From Leucoraja erinacea (Eukaryota), in the NCBI RefSeq assembly GCF_028641065.1, contig NC_073406.1:6324001-6388000 (forward strand): a DNA stretch of 64,000 bases, written 5' to 3'. A model generated the notes under the pieces. It ran no database searches and had not been told where the DNA came from. It saw nothing but the letters and a program-made list of their open reading frames with translations. The first letter of the stretch is position 1. Each line of letters begins with the position of its first letter. Shown here piece by piece: positions 39,701-52,169 of this stretch. The position numbers were made by a program, and so were the translations under genes.

Positions 39701-40939
39701 TTATTCCTCTATGCAATCTTACCTAACATGGAACTATGATACAAAATGCTGGAGTAACTCAGCGGGACAGGTAGCATCTCTGGAGAGAAGACATGGGTGA
39801 CATTTTGGGTCTGAAGAAGGGTCTTCACCCGAGATGCTGCCTGTCCTGCTGAGTTACTCCAGCATTTTATGTCTAACTTTTGGTTTAAACCAGCATCTGC
39901 AGTTCCTTCCTACACATGAAAGCATGATATTTGGCCTTGTCGGACAATTTTTCCTGATAACATATCATATTCTTAGGCTATCTCTCAGGATCGAGGATTA
40001 CATTCACTCCATTTTTTGGAGATTCTCAGACAAGAGTTTGAACGATAAACTCTTCCATGGATGTTACGGCTGGAAGCTGGAGGAATGGATGGGTGAGTAA
40101 TTTGTGACGTGGTTCACCCCTTCTGCTACTTACGCAAGGCTTCTGGGCTCCCTATTATTGGCCTAAGGTTCTTAATACCATCTCAAATACTCCTTCTCTA
40201 CCTTGGGAGTCCTGGACCACAGATTCCCAGGAGTCAGTGGGTAAATTAAAAAAAAAAATCAAAATACATCATGTTCACTGGCTCCCCCTTAATCTGTCAC
40301 TTCCTCAGGGAACGATAATAATTTGACTATATAAGACTCTTGCCTCAATAATGTCTAAATCACCTCTTGCAGTGTAGACACTAGTGCACAGATGTTTGTG
40401 TGATCAATGCTTGCCATAATAAATTCTTAGTGGTGCATCCTGTTTTATTCTTGTTATTCTTATTGTCATTATGCTTCATTATGGCGATTATGATGTATTA
40501 GAATGGCTTGTTGGAGATATCAGGGGGCAGTTAAGCATTAACCACATTGATGTGGGTCTGTAGTTACACAGAGATCAGAGAGTTGTTTTCTTTTCCTGAA
40601 ATAATTTTCCAACAATCTAATAGTCTCATGGTCACCATTACTGACTCTGGCTCTAAATCTAAACTTATCATTATCTGAATGGTGGGATTTAAATGCAAAT
40701 GTTTGGATTGTTAGTCCATGCCTTGGGGATCTTGGGGATCAGGTCTTATCCCCTTTGCTGAAGTTGCTGACTCTCACTGGGATCCACGTGCCTGTTTATG
40801 CTCAAGGGTTGCATATAATATCACTGGTTTTTCCCAAGTTCTCAGGGTATACAGAGGATGCTTGACCGTCTACGAATTCCCTGCTCTTATTATTTCATCT
40901 AAAATACTAATCTAGGGACATAGAGCTGGAAATGCCAAG

Positions 40940-41123
40940 TGTCCCACTTACGCGACCTTTACAGGCGACTGCTGGCACCCGTGATAGGTCGTCAATGAGA
41001 GGTCTCCAAAGAGTCGTAGCATCTTTCTGGTCGCCATCGAATTTTCAACGTTGAAAATTTCAGCGACCTATCACGGGTGCCGGCAGTCGCCTGTAAAGGT
41101 CGCGTAAGTGGGACAGGCCCTTT
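40940..41123. mobile_element. Palindromic MITE (PIF/Harbinger-like)
   Basis: 52-bp inverted arms (1 mismatch) at 40940-40991 and 41064-41115; right end ...gggacaggccc-tta; left terminal bases missing. Confidence 0.7.
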
Positions 41124-42604
41124 AGTATGTGAATAACCAGGACTTTCCCCCAAAATTCATTTCCCCAGGAGTAAAATCCAGCTTCCAAGCTATTTATAAT
41201 CTTTCCAGATATTTTACAATTAGTTCTCAGGATCTAAGTGCTGCTGCCATTCTTAGTTCCACTAGGTTTGGAAAGTGAGGGACAATGAAGGGTGAATTAC
41301 ATTTGGTGTGGTCAGCTCAAACCAGGGAAGAGTGACCGAAAACCTGCAAAGACCTTATACTCTACCCATTCCCTCCACTCTCGTTCAGTACACCCATGTT
41401 CAATAAACTAGAATCTCTTCCTCGCTCGACAGGTGCTGCTTGAAGTATTATATACTTAAATCATTTTCTGCTTTTTTTTTTAAATTCAGGGTTTTCATAT
41501 TCCATACACCTGTGGTGTGCATACCCGTCAGGTACAGCATGATCTGCATCTTTATGTACAGTATACTGTATGTTCTATATTGGTGTGCTGGACATCTGTA
41601 TTCTGGATGCCCATCCCAGTCATGAAGACCATTGCTCCATACACTTGTGATGAATACGTGCTCTGTACTCCTACACAAACGAAATGAGTGTGAATGCTGG
41701 AAATCTAAAATATCAACAGAACCTTTTGAAAATATTCAGAATGTCCAATGACATCCATGGAAATAGAAACAGTTAACATTTCAAATTAATCAGCTTTTAC
41801 CAGAATTAGAAATGAAGACACAAAGATGAAATGAAATGGAGAGAAAGGGAGGGTGGTGGGGTAGACCACAATGTGATAGAATAAAAGGTTCATGGATTAA
41901 ATGACAAAAGTTGATTAAAGAAGAAGGTGATTGTTGGGAACAAAGAGTCAGTCTGCAGAAGGTATAAATACAGAGTAATTATCTGAAGCTACAGAAGGCT
42001 GTATGTAGTATGTAATGAGCCCAGATGCTCTTCCTGTATTTAGTTTGGGACAGTGTAGTAGGTTGAGGAGAGAGAGGTCAAGTTGGCATAGCCTTAGAAA
42101 ATTAAAGTAACAAGTTGATTGGAAGCTCAAAATGACATATTTCGCAAAGTAGGTACATAATGTGCATTTAATTTACACATAGTAAATTAAAAGTAGTACA
42201 AGTAAATCACAGTTTCACCCATGACCAAGCTGGCCAAGCCTTGATGGTCATAGCTGTTGCACTGGGAAAAAGATGAAAGATAAGATGAAATGTCAGAGTT
42301 AAGAAGGTGGCCAAAAAATATCAATCTGTAGCCAATAATGAGGGGTTAAACTACTCTATCCTCACAAATCTACCTGTGGTATCATGCAGCACGCCAACTT
42401 GGCTGCATGGAAGAAAATTGGAGCAGATCTGTTGTTCATAACTGGACATTGATGATGCTTTGTAGGTCAGCAGCAGCAGCTGAAATATGCATCACTACAA
42501 ACAAACTGGAACATGATGATGTTTCGGGTTGGGGTCCTTCTTCAGGCTTGCATTTCCCTCCATCGCCCATCACTATCAAGCCACGACATCAGCCCTGATT
42601 CAAT

Positions 42605-43270
42605 CCGAGACTTGGGTGTCCTTGTACATCAGTCACTGAAAGTAAGCATACAGGCAGGGAAGAAAGCAAATGGTATGTTGGCCTTCAAAGCGAGAAGTTT
42701 TGAGTATAGGAGCAAGGAAGTTCTGCTGCAGTACAGACCACACTTGGAGTATTGTGCGCAGTTTTGGTCTCCGAATTTGAGGAAGGACATTCTAGTGTAG
42801 GTTCACCAGGTTAATTCCCGGGATGGCGGAACTGACATGATAAAAGAATGGATCTACTGGAATTTAAAAGGATGAGAGTGTATCTTATAGAAACAAAATT
42901 CTTAAAGGATTGGACAGTTTAGATGCAGGAAATAAATTCCTGATGTTGGGAGAGTCCTGAACCAGCAGTCAAAGTTTAATAATAAAGGGTAGGCCATTTA
43001 GGACTGAGCTGAGGGGAAAATAAATTTCCCAGAGTTGTGAATCTGTGGAATTCTCTGCCACATAATGCAGTGGAGGCCAATTCAATGGATGTTTTCATGA
43101 GAGAGTTAGATATAGCTTTTAGGGCTAAAGGAATCAAGAGATATGTAAGTAAATCAAGGGATATGGGGAGAAAGCAGGAACTAATTTTGGACTTCAGCCA
43201 TGATCACATTGAATGGCAGTGCAGGCTCGAAGGGCCTATTCCTGCAGCTATTTTCTACGTTTCAATGAAG
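42605..43270 (+). mobile_element. CR1 LINE 3' fragment
   Basis: RDLGVLVHQSLKVS..KKANGMLAF..RPHLEYCAQFWSP; NLWNSLP. Confidence 0.85.
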
Positions 43271-43869
43271 GTATGCTGAAATAGAAATTGTAAATGAAAT
43301 GAATTACCAGCATATTCAGGCTTCAACACTGGGCTATGTAGATGCGAAACAGCAAGAATAACGTGTCATAGACAAAGTCACGCAATCTCATAATTTATGG
43401 ATTAGATCCAAGCTCAACCATCTCATTGCATCTAGGAGAGGCTACAAGACAATCTGCATCTTTCACAATGGCTGGGCCCAGAGTAGGAAAGACAAGGCTG
43501 GATATTTACAACCACAAGCAAAGTCATGGAAGGTGTTGGCAATGCTACCAAGAGGCACTCACCAATAACCTGTTCATCAACACCCATTTTGGTTTTGCTA
43601 GGACCACTTAGCTCCAGGCTGCATCAGAGCTTTGAGACAAACATAGACCAAAGAGCTGAATTCCAGAGGCGAGGTGATATCAAGGCAGCATTTGACAGTG
43701 GCGCATCAAGATGTTTGGCAATGCTGAAGTCAGTGGGAAACAAAGAAAAAACACATTCCAATGGCTGGTCAAACTTCGCAGGAAGAAGATGGTTACGGTT
43801 GTTGGAAGTTGCAATCATCACTGTAGAAGTTCTTCATTGTTGACCCAATCTCTTCAGTTCCTTCATCAA

Positions 43870-44670
43870 CATCCATTTTGGTGGCAAAAAAAAAACAGGA
43901 AAGCAGACTATTATCTAAATGGTGGCCGATTGGGAAAGGGGGAGATGCAGCGACACATGGGTGTCATGGTACACCAGTCATTGAAGGTAGGCATGCAGGT
44001 GCAGCAGGCAGTAAAGAAAGCGAATGGTATGTTAGCTTTCATTGCAAAAGGATTTGAGTATAGGAGCAGAGAGGTTCTACTGCAGTTGTACAGGGTCTTG
44101 GTGAGACCACACCTGGAGTATTGCGTACAGTTTTGGTCTCCAAATGGCTGGAAGGACATTATTGCCATAGAGGGAAAGACAGAGACGGTTCATTTACTGA
44201 TTCCTGGGATGTCAGGACTGTCTTATGAAGAAAGACTGGATAGACTTGGTTTATACTCTCTAGAATTTAGAAGATTGAGAGGGGATCTTATAGAAACTTA
44301 CAAAATTCTTAAGGGGTTGGGACAGGCTAGATGCAGGAAGATTGTTCCCGATGTTAGGGAAGTCCAGGACAAGGGGTCACAGCTTAAGGATAAAGGGCTT
44401 GAGACCTTTAAAACCGAGATGAGAAGAACTTTTTTCACGCAGAGAGTGGTGAATCTCTGGAACTCTCTGCCACAGAGGGTAGTTGAGGCCAGTTCATTGG
44501 CTATATTTAAGAGGGAGTTAGATGTGGCCCTTGTGGCTAAGGGGATCAGGGGGTATGGAGAGAAGGCAGGTACGGGATACCGAGTTGGATGATCAGCCAT
44601 GATCATATTGAATGGCGGTGCAGGCTCGAAGGGCCAAATGGCCTACTCCTGCACCTAATTTCTATGTCTG
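43870..44670 (+). mobile_element. CR1 LINE 3' end (young, long open frame)
   Basis: [80 protein letters not shown]. Confidence 0.9.
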
Positions 44671-45439
44671 TTTCTGTTTCTTACCATTGTAAAGCTGGAA
44701 GTGGAAATGCTCATTGATGATTGCCAATTGTTCATTTCCATCATTAATACCCCAGGAAATAAAATTTTGGATACCCAAGACACTGCAGATACAGGAATCT
44801 GGAGTAACAATCTGCTGCAGGGTCAAGACCCTGCATCAGGACAAAGTGGAGAGGGAAGATAGCTAATGGGAAAGGGAGTGGGGGGTTGGTGTATGACCGG
44901 CCAGTAAGTGAATGAGGGATGGAATTGGGATATGGAAGCAGGTGAATGATAAATGGGAAAGACAAAAAGGCAGATGAAGAGGAGAGGGAGAATGTGGAGA
45001 TAGCTAGGAGGATGAGCTGGGGCAAAAGTCTACCTTTGCTTAAATCTGATGTGAGGAAGGTGGTAAGGGGAGAGGTGAAGTGCAGATGGAATCAAATCAG
45101 ATCGGGGAGAAAACTACCTGATTGCAGAAAGATCCAGACCACAGAATGGGCTGATAAGTGGCAGGTAATATTGACCATTTCAAAAAATCTGAACAACTAC
45201 CTTTGATATTCAATGGCATTACTATCTCCAGGTCCACCATCTGGGCAGCATGGTAGTAGGGGTGCAGAGGCAGGGCATTAATTCACCAGAAACTCAACTA
45301 GACCAGTCATACATGCTGTGGCTAGGACAAGTCAGAGGCTTGATACAAATGTTTGAGAATATCAGAAGTGTATCAACAACAAGAAACGAGTAAGGAGAGT
45401 GCCTGGACGAGTACAGCTTGAAAAACCCTCAAACTGTTC

Positions 45440-45780
45440 CTTTTCCTCCTTTTTCACTGCCATCCAGGGACCCCGACAGTCTGTCCAGGTGAGACAGAGG
45501 TTCACCTTCTCCAACTGCATCTGCGGTTCTCGATGTAGCCTGTACATTGGCAAGACCATGCGTAGTCTTAGCACACATTTTGGTCGGTCTTGCGCTCGGT
45601 ACACCAAGGCCTGCGGAACTCGACTTCCCATTCCTTTGTGTCCTGGATTTTCCTCCATTGTCAGTGAGGCAACACGTAAACTGGTGGAACAGCACCTCAA
45701 ATGCTGCTTGTGTAACTTACAAACCAACAGTATGAACATTGAATTCTCCAACTTTAGCAAACCTCTACAACACACCCTCC
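45440..45780 (+). mobile_element. Penelope-like GIY-YIG fragment
   Basis: IQGPRQSVQVRQRFT..SLYIGKT..EATRKLVEQHL..NSMNIEFSNF. Confidence 0.75.
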
Positions 45781-48064
45781 CCTTCCTCCCCCATGAAGTC
45801 ACCTTTCTTTCCTCCCCTCCCTCCTGTGTCGACTGATCTTGCACTTTTCTTTACCCCCCTCCCCCTAACCCCTTCATCCCTAAACAATCCACGTCCCTAA
45901 CCCTTTACTCACCTTGTTTGTGTTCTATCATTTGTCCTTTATCCAACTATCTATCAAATCTGCTCCCTCACGTGACCTGCCAAGCTTTGTTCTGCCCTTC
46001 CACTCTTCTTCCCCCACCCACGCGCTCAGTTACTCCAGCATTTTGTCTTTCCTTGGTAAACCATCACATCCTGTTTCTTGTAACTACCCTCCAAAAATTC
46101 AAATCCATTATCTTAAACATTCAATGCATGCATACACTACTGGTACACTGCACCTCCAGTACTTCCTATAAAATGCAGTTGCTCCTGTAAGCTACTCCAT
46201 TATCCACAGGTTGTTCCAGAAGACTGGAAGGTGGCTACTCTACTGTTATTCAAGGAGTGCAACAGGGACAAGACAGGTAATTATATGCTGGTGAGCCCGA
46301 CATTAGTGGTGCATAAAATGTGTAGGAAAGAACTCCAGATGCTGGTTTTAATCAAAGATAAGACACAAAATGCTGGAGTAACTCAGGACAGGCAGCATCT
46401 CTGGAGGAGGAATGGGTGACTTTTCGGGTCAAGACCCTTCTTCCGACTGAAGTGGTGAATATGCTGTTGGGAAAGGATTCTTGAGGACAGGAAATGCTAC
46501 CAGCATTTGGATAGACAGACTGATTGGGGAGTCAATATGGCTTTGTACATAGGAAATATGATTTAAAAAAATTACGAAGAGGTCACCAAGAGGATAGGGC
46601 AGTGGACCTTGCCGGTATGGACTTTGGCAAGGCCTTCGATTGGAGAACAAAGGTAGGTTCTGGTCCCACTATTTGTTCCCTAAATTAATGAATTGGACAA
46701 CAATGCAGTTAACATTGTTAGGAAATTTATAGAATGCATTAAAATTGGTGGTATCAAAGACAGTGTTGAAAAATAGCTGTTGACAAGATCCAGATCAATT
46801 AGGAAGGTGGGCCTAAATGGGAAATGGAATTTAACTCGAAAGTCAGAGAGATTTGAAGATCTTATTTAGGGACAACTTTTTCACTGAGGAGTTGCAAACT
46901 GTCAAACTGTTATTATGATAGGGAAATATCGAACTAAGATATTGCAAAGCAAATTACCAAATGTGACTTTTGGGGGGGGGGGGGGGGGGGGGGGGTGGAT
47001 GTATGGGCAACTGATAATCTGGGAGAACTGTTGGTCAGTACATTAGATGAAATATTTTAAATATCAACCAAGAGCATTTGATATTAATTTGGAGTTATTA
47101 CATTCTAGAGCTAAACCTGAACCCATAACTTTCTCACACTGTAGCTCCCAGCATCTAATCCTTTATATTTATCCTTCAAACTTAAGTGAAATTGTAAACT
47201 GTGCCAATTAAAAGCAAAGTTAAAAAAAAAGCAAAATTGAGTATTATGTCTGGCAAAAATGACCAAAACACTCTGCAAGTACTTAGGGATTGAGACCTAC
47301 TTCTAATCAACCACCTTATTTCAAGTCACATAAATAATTTAACCTTGAAATGTAATTTGGGAAATGGCTTCAATGGGAATGATAGAAAATGACCGGAATA
47401 GAGATGACAACCAACAGACACTGAACATTGGAAAGGAACAAGTGGGAAGTCATGGACAAGATCACACAGTACCACAAACCAACCACTGAAGAAAAATAAA
47501 TGACGGGAGCGAAGGAAAAAGCAGCAACTTGATTGCATCTCTTTCCATTACGAAGACAAAAATCTCAAGCGCAACTCCCAAGGCTACACAAGAACATTTC
47601 TAATCACATAACTAGGTTAATCCATGCACATCAATTTTGCAAATTTAATTAATCCTGGCATAATTTACAATTATGTTAATAGTTGTAAAACAATGTATTA
47701 CTATTTAGGGTCAGGCTGAAAACCATTTTACTAGAGCTCATCCATAAATTTTATTAAAGGGCCTGTTCTCTTCAATCAGCTCAAATGGTTGCTTGACCTG
47801 CTGAGTATTGGCTCTGAAATTACTTTCCACTTCCTCCTCGAAGTGGATGAATACAGCTGTCCCACTTTTTGCTGCCAGCCATCAATCACCCTCATCCAGA
47901 TTTCCATACACTGGCCCAGCAATAGTCATGAAACATTTCTACCCGCTTCCCTTCAGTTTATTGTTCTTCATGGGTAAAGCGAATAGGTAGTGGTAAAGAA
48001 ATGGAAAATGTGTTATTGGTAATGCACTCAATGATCATTAAAACCATGTTTTAAAAAACCCAGA

Positions 48065-48070
48065 TTTATT
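48065..48070 (-). terminator. Probable ptms polyadenylation signal AATAAA
   Basis: TTTATT on + about 720 nt after the stop, at the end of an AT-rich, repeat-free 3'UTR with U-rich sequence downstream. Confidence 0.55.
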
Positions 48071-48790
48071 TATAGTACTTAACCAGAATATACAAAGTAG
48101 TGGTCAAGCATGAACTAATGAGGTATACAAATTTAAACCTTGTTCAATATGGAAAAATGACACTAATTCAATCAATTCCTTAAACCATGGGTTTTAAGCA
48201 TACATCACAATGAGTTCAAAATTTACAAATTGACCCTGTCAATTTACTAGAAATGTACGGCACCACAAACAAAAACAGCAAAAAACTGTGGAGCTTGAAG
48301 AAAGTATTTTTTTCTTATTTTTGGATTTTTGTACAGAATAGAAGACCAATTTTATTTCCCCCCTACCCAACTTAGCAAGACCTATATCTTTGGCCTTCAT
48401 TGCATATGAACCTATACCCTAAGCACAATTTACAAAAAGAAAGAAGGGCAGTAATTATTTTTTTCTTGAAATAAGAACATGGTCAGTAAACTGTAAAGTG
48501 TGTGCTTCTGAAATGTACAAATTCAAGTTCTAAACCCATTTTGAAACAGACCCAAAACTTATTACTGCATTCAAACCCATTACAAACGTGGTTGTACAAA
48601 GACCATTTAATAAATAACTTCATAAAAAAAACAAATATCCCCCAGAGCAATGCCTTGGACAGGTGTTTCAAGAACCAGTTGTACAGTACAATATAAAAAC
48701 TCACTCTGCAAATGTACAAGAAAAAGCACACTCTCTACATCGTGAACTTGACCACACCATCAAGATATAAAATTTTAAACAAAGGAATGT

Positions 48791-48859
48791 TTAAGCTTCA
48801 GTCTTGGATTTTGTTGACTCTCCATTTTCTGACTTTTTCCTCTTGCTTTCGACTGCATC
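48791..48859 (-). CDS. ptms: ptms coding exon 5 (basic NLS KRKK)
   Basis: ttttcctccag|DAVESKRKKSENGESTKSKTEA, stop TAA. Confidence 0.88.
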   Translation of the reverse strand, partial: DAVESKRKKSENGESTKSKTEA

Positions 48860-51800
48860 CTGGAGGAAAACAAGGAAATTAGTGGCTTAAAACTTCAATG
48901 TCCAACCAAAATGAACAGCATACTTTCTATAGCATTCAGTGAATTTACCTTTTATGCACTTAAAAGAACTGTCAAGCCCCTATTGTGTTCTGACACAATA
49001 TCATACTTATATGGCCAATAACCTTGAGATCAGGAATTAGCACACCTAATAACAAAATTTGAAATTTGACAGAACACATACCAATTCAGTAATTTACTTC
49101 AGAATTTAACATTTTAGTCAAAAGAACAACTTTTAAAAATCTATACAAACCTCTTCCTCTGCAGGACGCTTTGCTGCATGACCATCTGCATCATCTCCTT
49201 CCTCCTCAGCACCTTCTTCCTCATCACCATCCTCTTCACCTTCACCTAGATGATAAACATTCGTTACCAACCAAAATCTGTGCACAAAATTAACGATGAA
49301 CGTTCAATACATCATAATAAAATTGAATGCTGTGCAACTTAACCAAAGTATTATCTTAACCAAAGTAACAACTAGAATTCTTAAAACATTGATGTCACGC
49401 AAGTTTTTTTTAACAAAAATTGTATCAAATTCAAAATGTATCCTGGATACATACCATCTTCATCTTCTTCCTCTTCCTCATCTACTTCCTCTGCATTCTC
49501 ATCAACATGTTCTGCCCCATTCTCCTCCTCTTCCTAAATACAAAACACCTCAATTATGCCATTGTGTAGAGTAGTTATAATATGGACTTTGAAAGGCTAT
49601 CAATAGTAAGAAAAGTAAACACTTTATGGTTTACCATGATGTGCAAGAGATTATTATCACATGACAAATATAAAGTTACAGGACATGATCCCACTAGTTA
49701 AGTGTCTACAACATGGGATATGCCCCCTCCCACATGACCATGTAGGACATGGCAGAAACCATTGCGATTCATGGGAGACGTCTTGCGGAGAGTTGTGAAC
49801 AAAACAAAAGAGATCTTTCCCTTCTACAAAAATATAACCCGTGATACTATTTGAAAGTTCTCCACCCCTCCATCTTAATACCTACTGTTCCATTCGCTGG
49901 AGCATCACCGCTTCCATTTTCTTTTTTTTCAATTTCCTCCGTAGCCTTTTCCTTCTCCTTCTCCTTCAGGTCCTGCAATTCAGGAGAAAAAAAAACATTA
50001 AAACGTTATGTTTAACATCAGTACAGCTTGCAGCCCTAACATTCCGCGCCGCCTACATGCGCCCATTCATTACAGCGATCTCCCCGCCATCCTGCACGCT
50101 TCGTGTTTACTCGAGCAACAAACACCAAAGGCCGCGGCAAATTTCGACGTCCACCAAACCAGGCAAGCGCCCCATCGCATTAAATCCAAATGGCAGTGAC
50201 TGAGCTCCAGGCTGCAAGACACCGGCGATGAGAAGCCAGCATCACGCACGCTCAGGCCAAGTTTAAAAACATCGCCGTGTTGTACTATTAGAACCATTGA
50301 CCGCGTTGCAGAGAAAGCCATTCATTGACACGTTGCCTTCGCTGTGATAGCGAGGAAGCGAAAGCCTCACCATAGCTCGAATCCCATTTAATTAACACTC
50401 GTGTGAGATTTTGCAAACTTCGGGTCTGGCGCGGCCGCCCGGTGCCCTCCATCCGCCCCGCGCTCCATCTGGGCGAGGACATACCCCGCCCCCCCTCCCT
50501 CCGCGCGCCGGGTCCGCGCGGGCCGCCCGGGCCTCCATCCCCCCCCCCGCTCCATCTGGGCGAGGACCATACCCCGCCCCCCCCCCCCCCCTCCGCGCGC
50601 AAAGATCCCTCCCCCCGCGGGCGCTCGCTCGCTCCCCCCCCCCCCCCCCCCCCCCCCTCCATCTGGGCGNNNNNNNNNNNNNNNNNNNNNNNNNNNNNNN
50701 NNNNNNNNNNNNNNNNNNNNNNNNNNNNNNNNNNNNNNNNNNNNNNNNNNNNNNNNNNNNNNNNNNNNNNNNNNNNNNNNNNNNNNNNNNNNNNNNNNNN
50801 NNNNNNNNNNNNNNNNNNNNNNNNNNNNNNNNNNNNNNNNNNNNNNNNNNNNNNNNNNNNNNNNNCTACCTCCGGGCGGGCGCTCGCTCGCTCCCCCCCC
50901 CCCCCTCCATCTGGGCGAGGACGTACCCCGCCCCCCCTCTCCTCCACTGGGCGAGGGTCACACCCCCCCCCCCCCCCAAGGCGATGACATACCCCTCGCC
51001 CCTCCCACTGGGCAACGACATCCCCACCCCCCACCCATCTCTCCCTCCGCGCGGGCGGGCGGGCGCGAGACGCCGCGCGTGCGTCGCCGCATCCGTGCGC
51101 GCGCTCCACTCCCGCCGTTTCCTCAACCTCGTCCCGTCGGACAAAACAAAACCCGGTGTCAGTAAAGGGCGGGAAGCGGCGGCGATGCAGGTGGCGTCGA
51201 GAGTTCTCCCAATCCAACTTTCTTTGCTCCCCCTCATCCCCATCCCCTCGCATCAGCGCCAAAACGGAGCAAAACCGGCCGGATGAGTCTTGTGACCGAG
51301 ACCGAGTGGGGTCCGGAGCGTGGAGTGGAATCATCCGAGTGAAACGCGCGACCGGAGAAAGAAAAGGTTATGGCGAGGGAACGATTCCCGGGAGGGTCCA
51401 GGGCTTGAGAAAGGCGCCGGTCCTCGGGAAGCTGCAAGGATGCTGAGGGCGGGAACGATGTAAACCGGCGGCCGCCAATGCCCGCAGGGACAACAGACCC
51501 CGGCCCCGCCGCCGGACTCCACCAACCCCGCCCGCGGGACCCAGGGACCGGTCCCGTCTCCACCCCCCCACCACCACACACACGGCGCGCCACAATTCCC
51601 GACCCCCGTAGCCGGTCGGTCGCCAGTCACCGCGGAAAGAGCGCACTTCCACTCAAAAAAGGGTACCGAGTGTAGGGGCTCTGCAGCGCCCACAACCCGG
51701 GGGCGGCAGTGAAACCTCCGTGTTTACATTCACTCCGGAATCAAGTTTTCAACTTTATTAAAATAAAGTAAAACCTGAAGGACCAGAACAAAACTCCGCC

Positions 51801-52044
51801 GCCCCTCAGCCCCCAAAACATCACCCTGAACTGAAACCATCCTTGTGCAGGAGGTCCGCACTTTAAGGTCGCGCTGGCTACACGCGCGCTTCACACAAAC
51901 AGAAATTTGAGATAACAAAGGGAACACGAGGAAGGTTAAACATCAAGAATAATTTAGGACCATTTTACAATTATGTTTGTGGCAACAAATAAAACTCACC
52001 TTAGTTTTAACGTCTTTGGTGGTGTCCACTACGGTGTCAGCCAT
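48791..52044 (-). CDS. ptms: Parathymosin (prothymosin/parathymosin family acidic nuclear protein), 5 coding exons, 124 aa
   Basis: complement(join(48791..48859,49151..49245,49455..49533,49886..49972,52000..52044)) = 375 nt, all GT-AG. Protein MADTVVDTTKDVKTK|DLKEKEKEKATEEIEKKENGSGDAPANGT|EEEENGAEHVDENAEEVDEEEEEDED|GEGEEDGDEEEGAEEEGDDADGHAAKRPAEEE|DAVESKRKKSENGESTKSKTEA. Family assignment is secure; EEEENGAE and KRxKxENG favour PTMS over PTMA. Confidence 0.85.
49151..49245 (-). CDS. ptms: ptms coding exon 4
   Basis: atctag|(G)EGEEDGD...AAKRPAEEE|gtttgt. Confidence 0.88.
49455..49533 (-). CDS. ptms: ptms coding exon 3
   Basis: atttag|EEEENGAEHV...EDED G|gtatgt. Confidence 0.88.
49886..49972 (-). 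CDS. ptms: ptms coding exon 2
   Basis: ttgcag|DLKEKEKEK...DAPANGT|gtaggt. Confidence 0.88.
50440..51030. repeat. GC-rich minisatellite (CTCCATCTGGGCGAGG...C-run units)
   Basis: Unit ctcca(t)ctgggcgagg recurs at ~50463, 50550, 50657, 50905, 50942, 51003, separated by poly-C runs. Confidence 0.75.
50670..50865. other. Assembly gap (196 N)
   Basis: Run of N inside the GC-rich minisatellite. Confidence 0.99.
52000..52044 (-). CDS. ptms: ptms coding exon 1
   Basis: agaATG GCT GAC...ACT AAG|gtgagt; 15 codons, as in the PTMA/PTMS first exon. Confidence 0.88.
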
Positions 52045-52169
52045 TCTGAGGGAGTCTCAGGTAGATGAATATATTTTTCAAAAATTGAAGTCAAGTAGGT
52101 AAAGGCTGACTTATCCGGTGGTTGTAAATATATCTCCGGGCAGATCTCCCTGTATCTGACACACGCTGT

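Noticed and set aside
43711-44592. 293-aa ORF as a host gene
   Set aside because: C-terminal portion of CR1 ORF2, followed by the CR1 tail; the N-terminal part is an unrelated older repeat.
46972-46995. 24-nt poly-G
   Set aside because: Isolated homopolymer of unreliable length with no associated feature.
49880-49886. Alternative donor 4 nt downstream in ptms exon 2 (GTAG|GTAT)
   Set aside because: Would frameshift the acidic exon 3; only the first GT keeps the frame.
50288-51693. Long overlapping Pro/Gly/Arg-rich ORFs
   Set aside because: Products of GC-rich ptms intron 1 and the N gap; low complexity, no domain.
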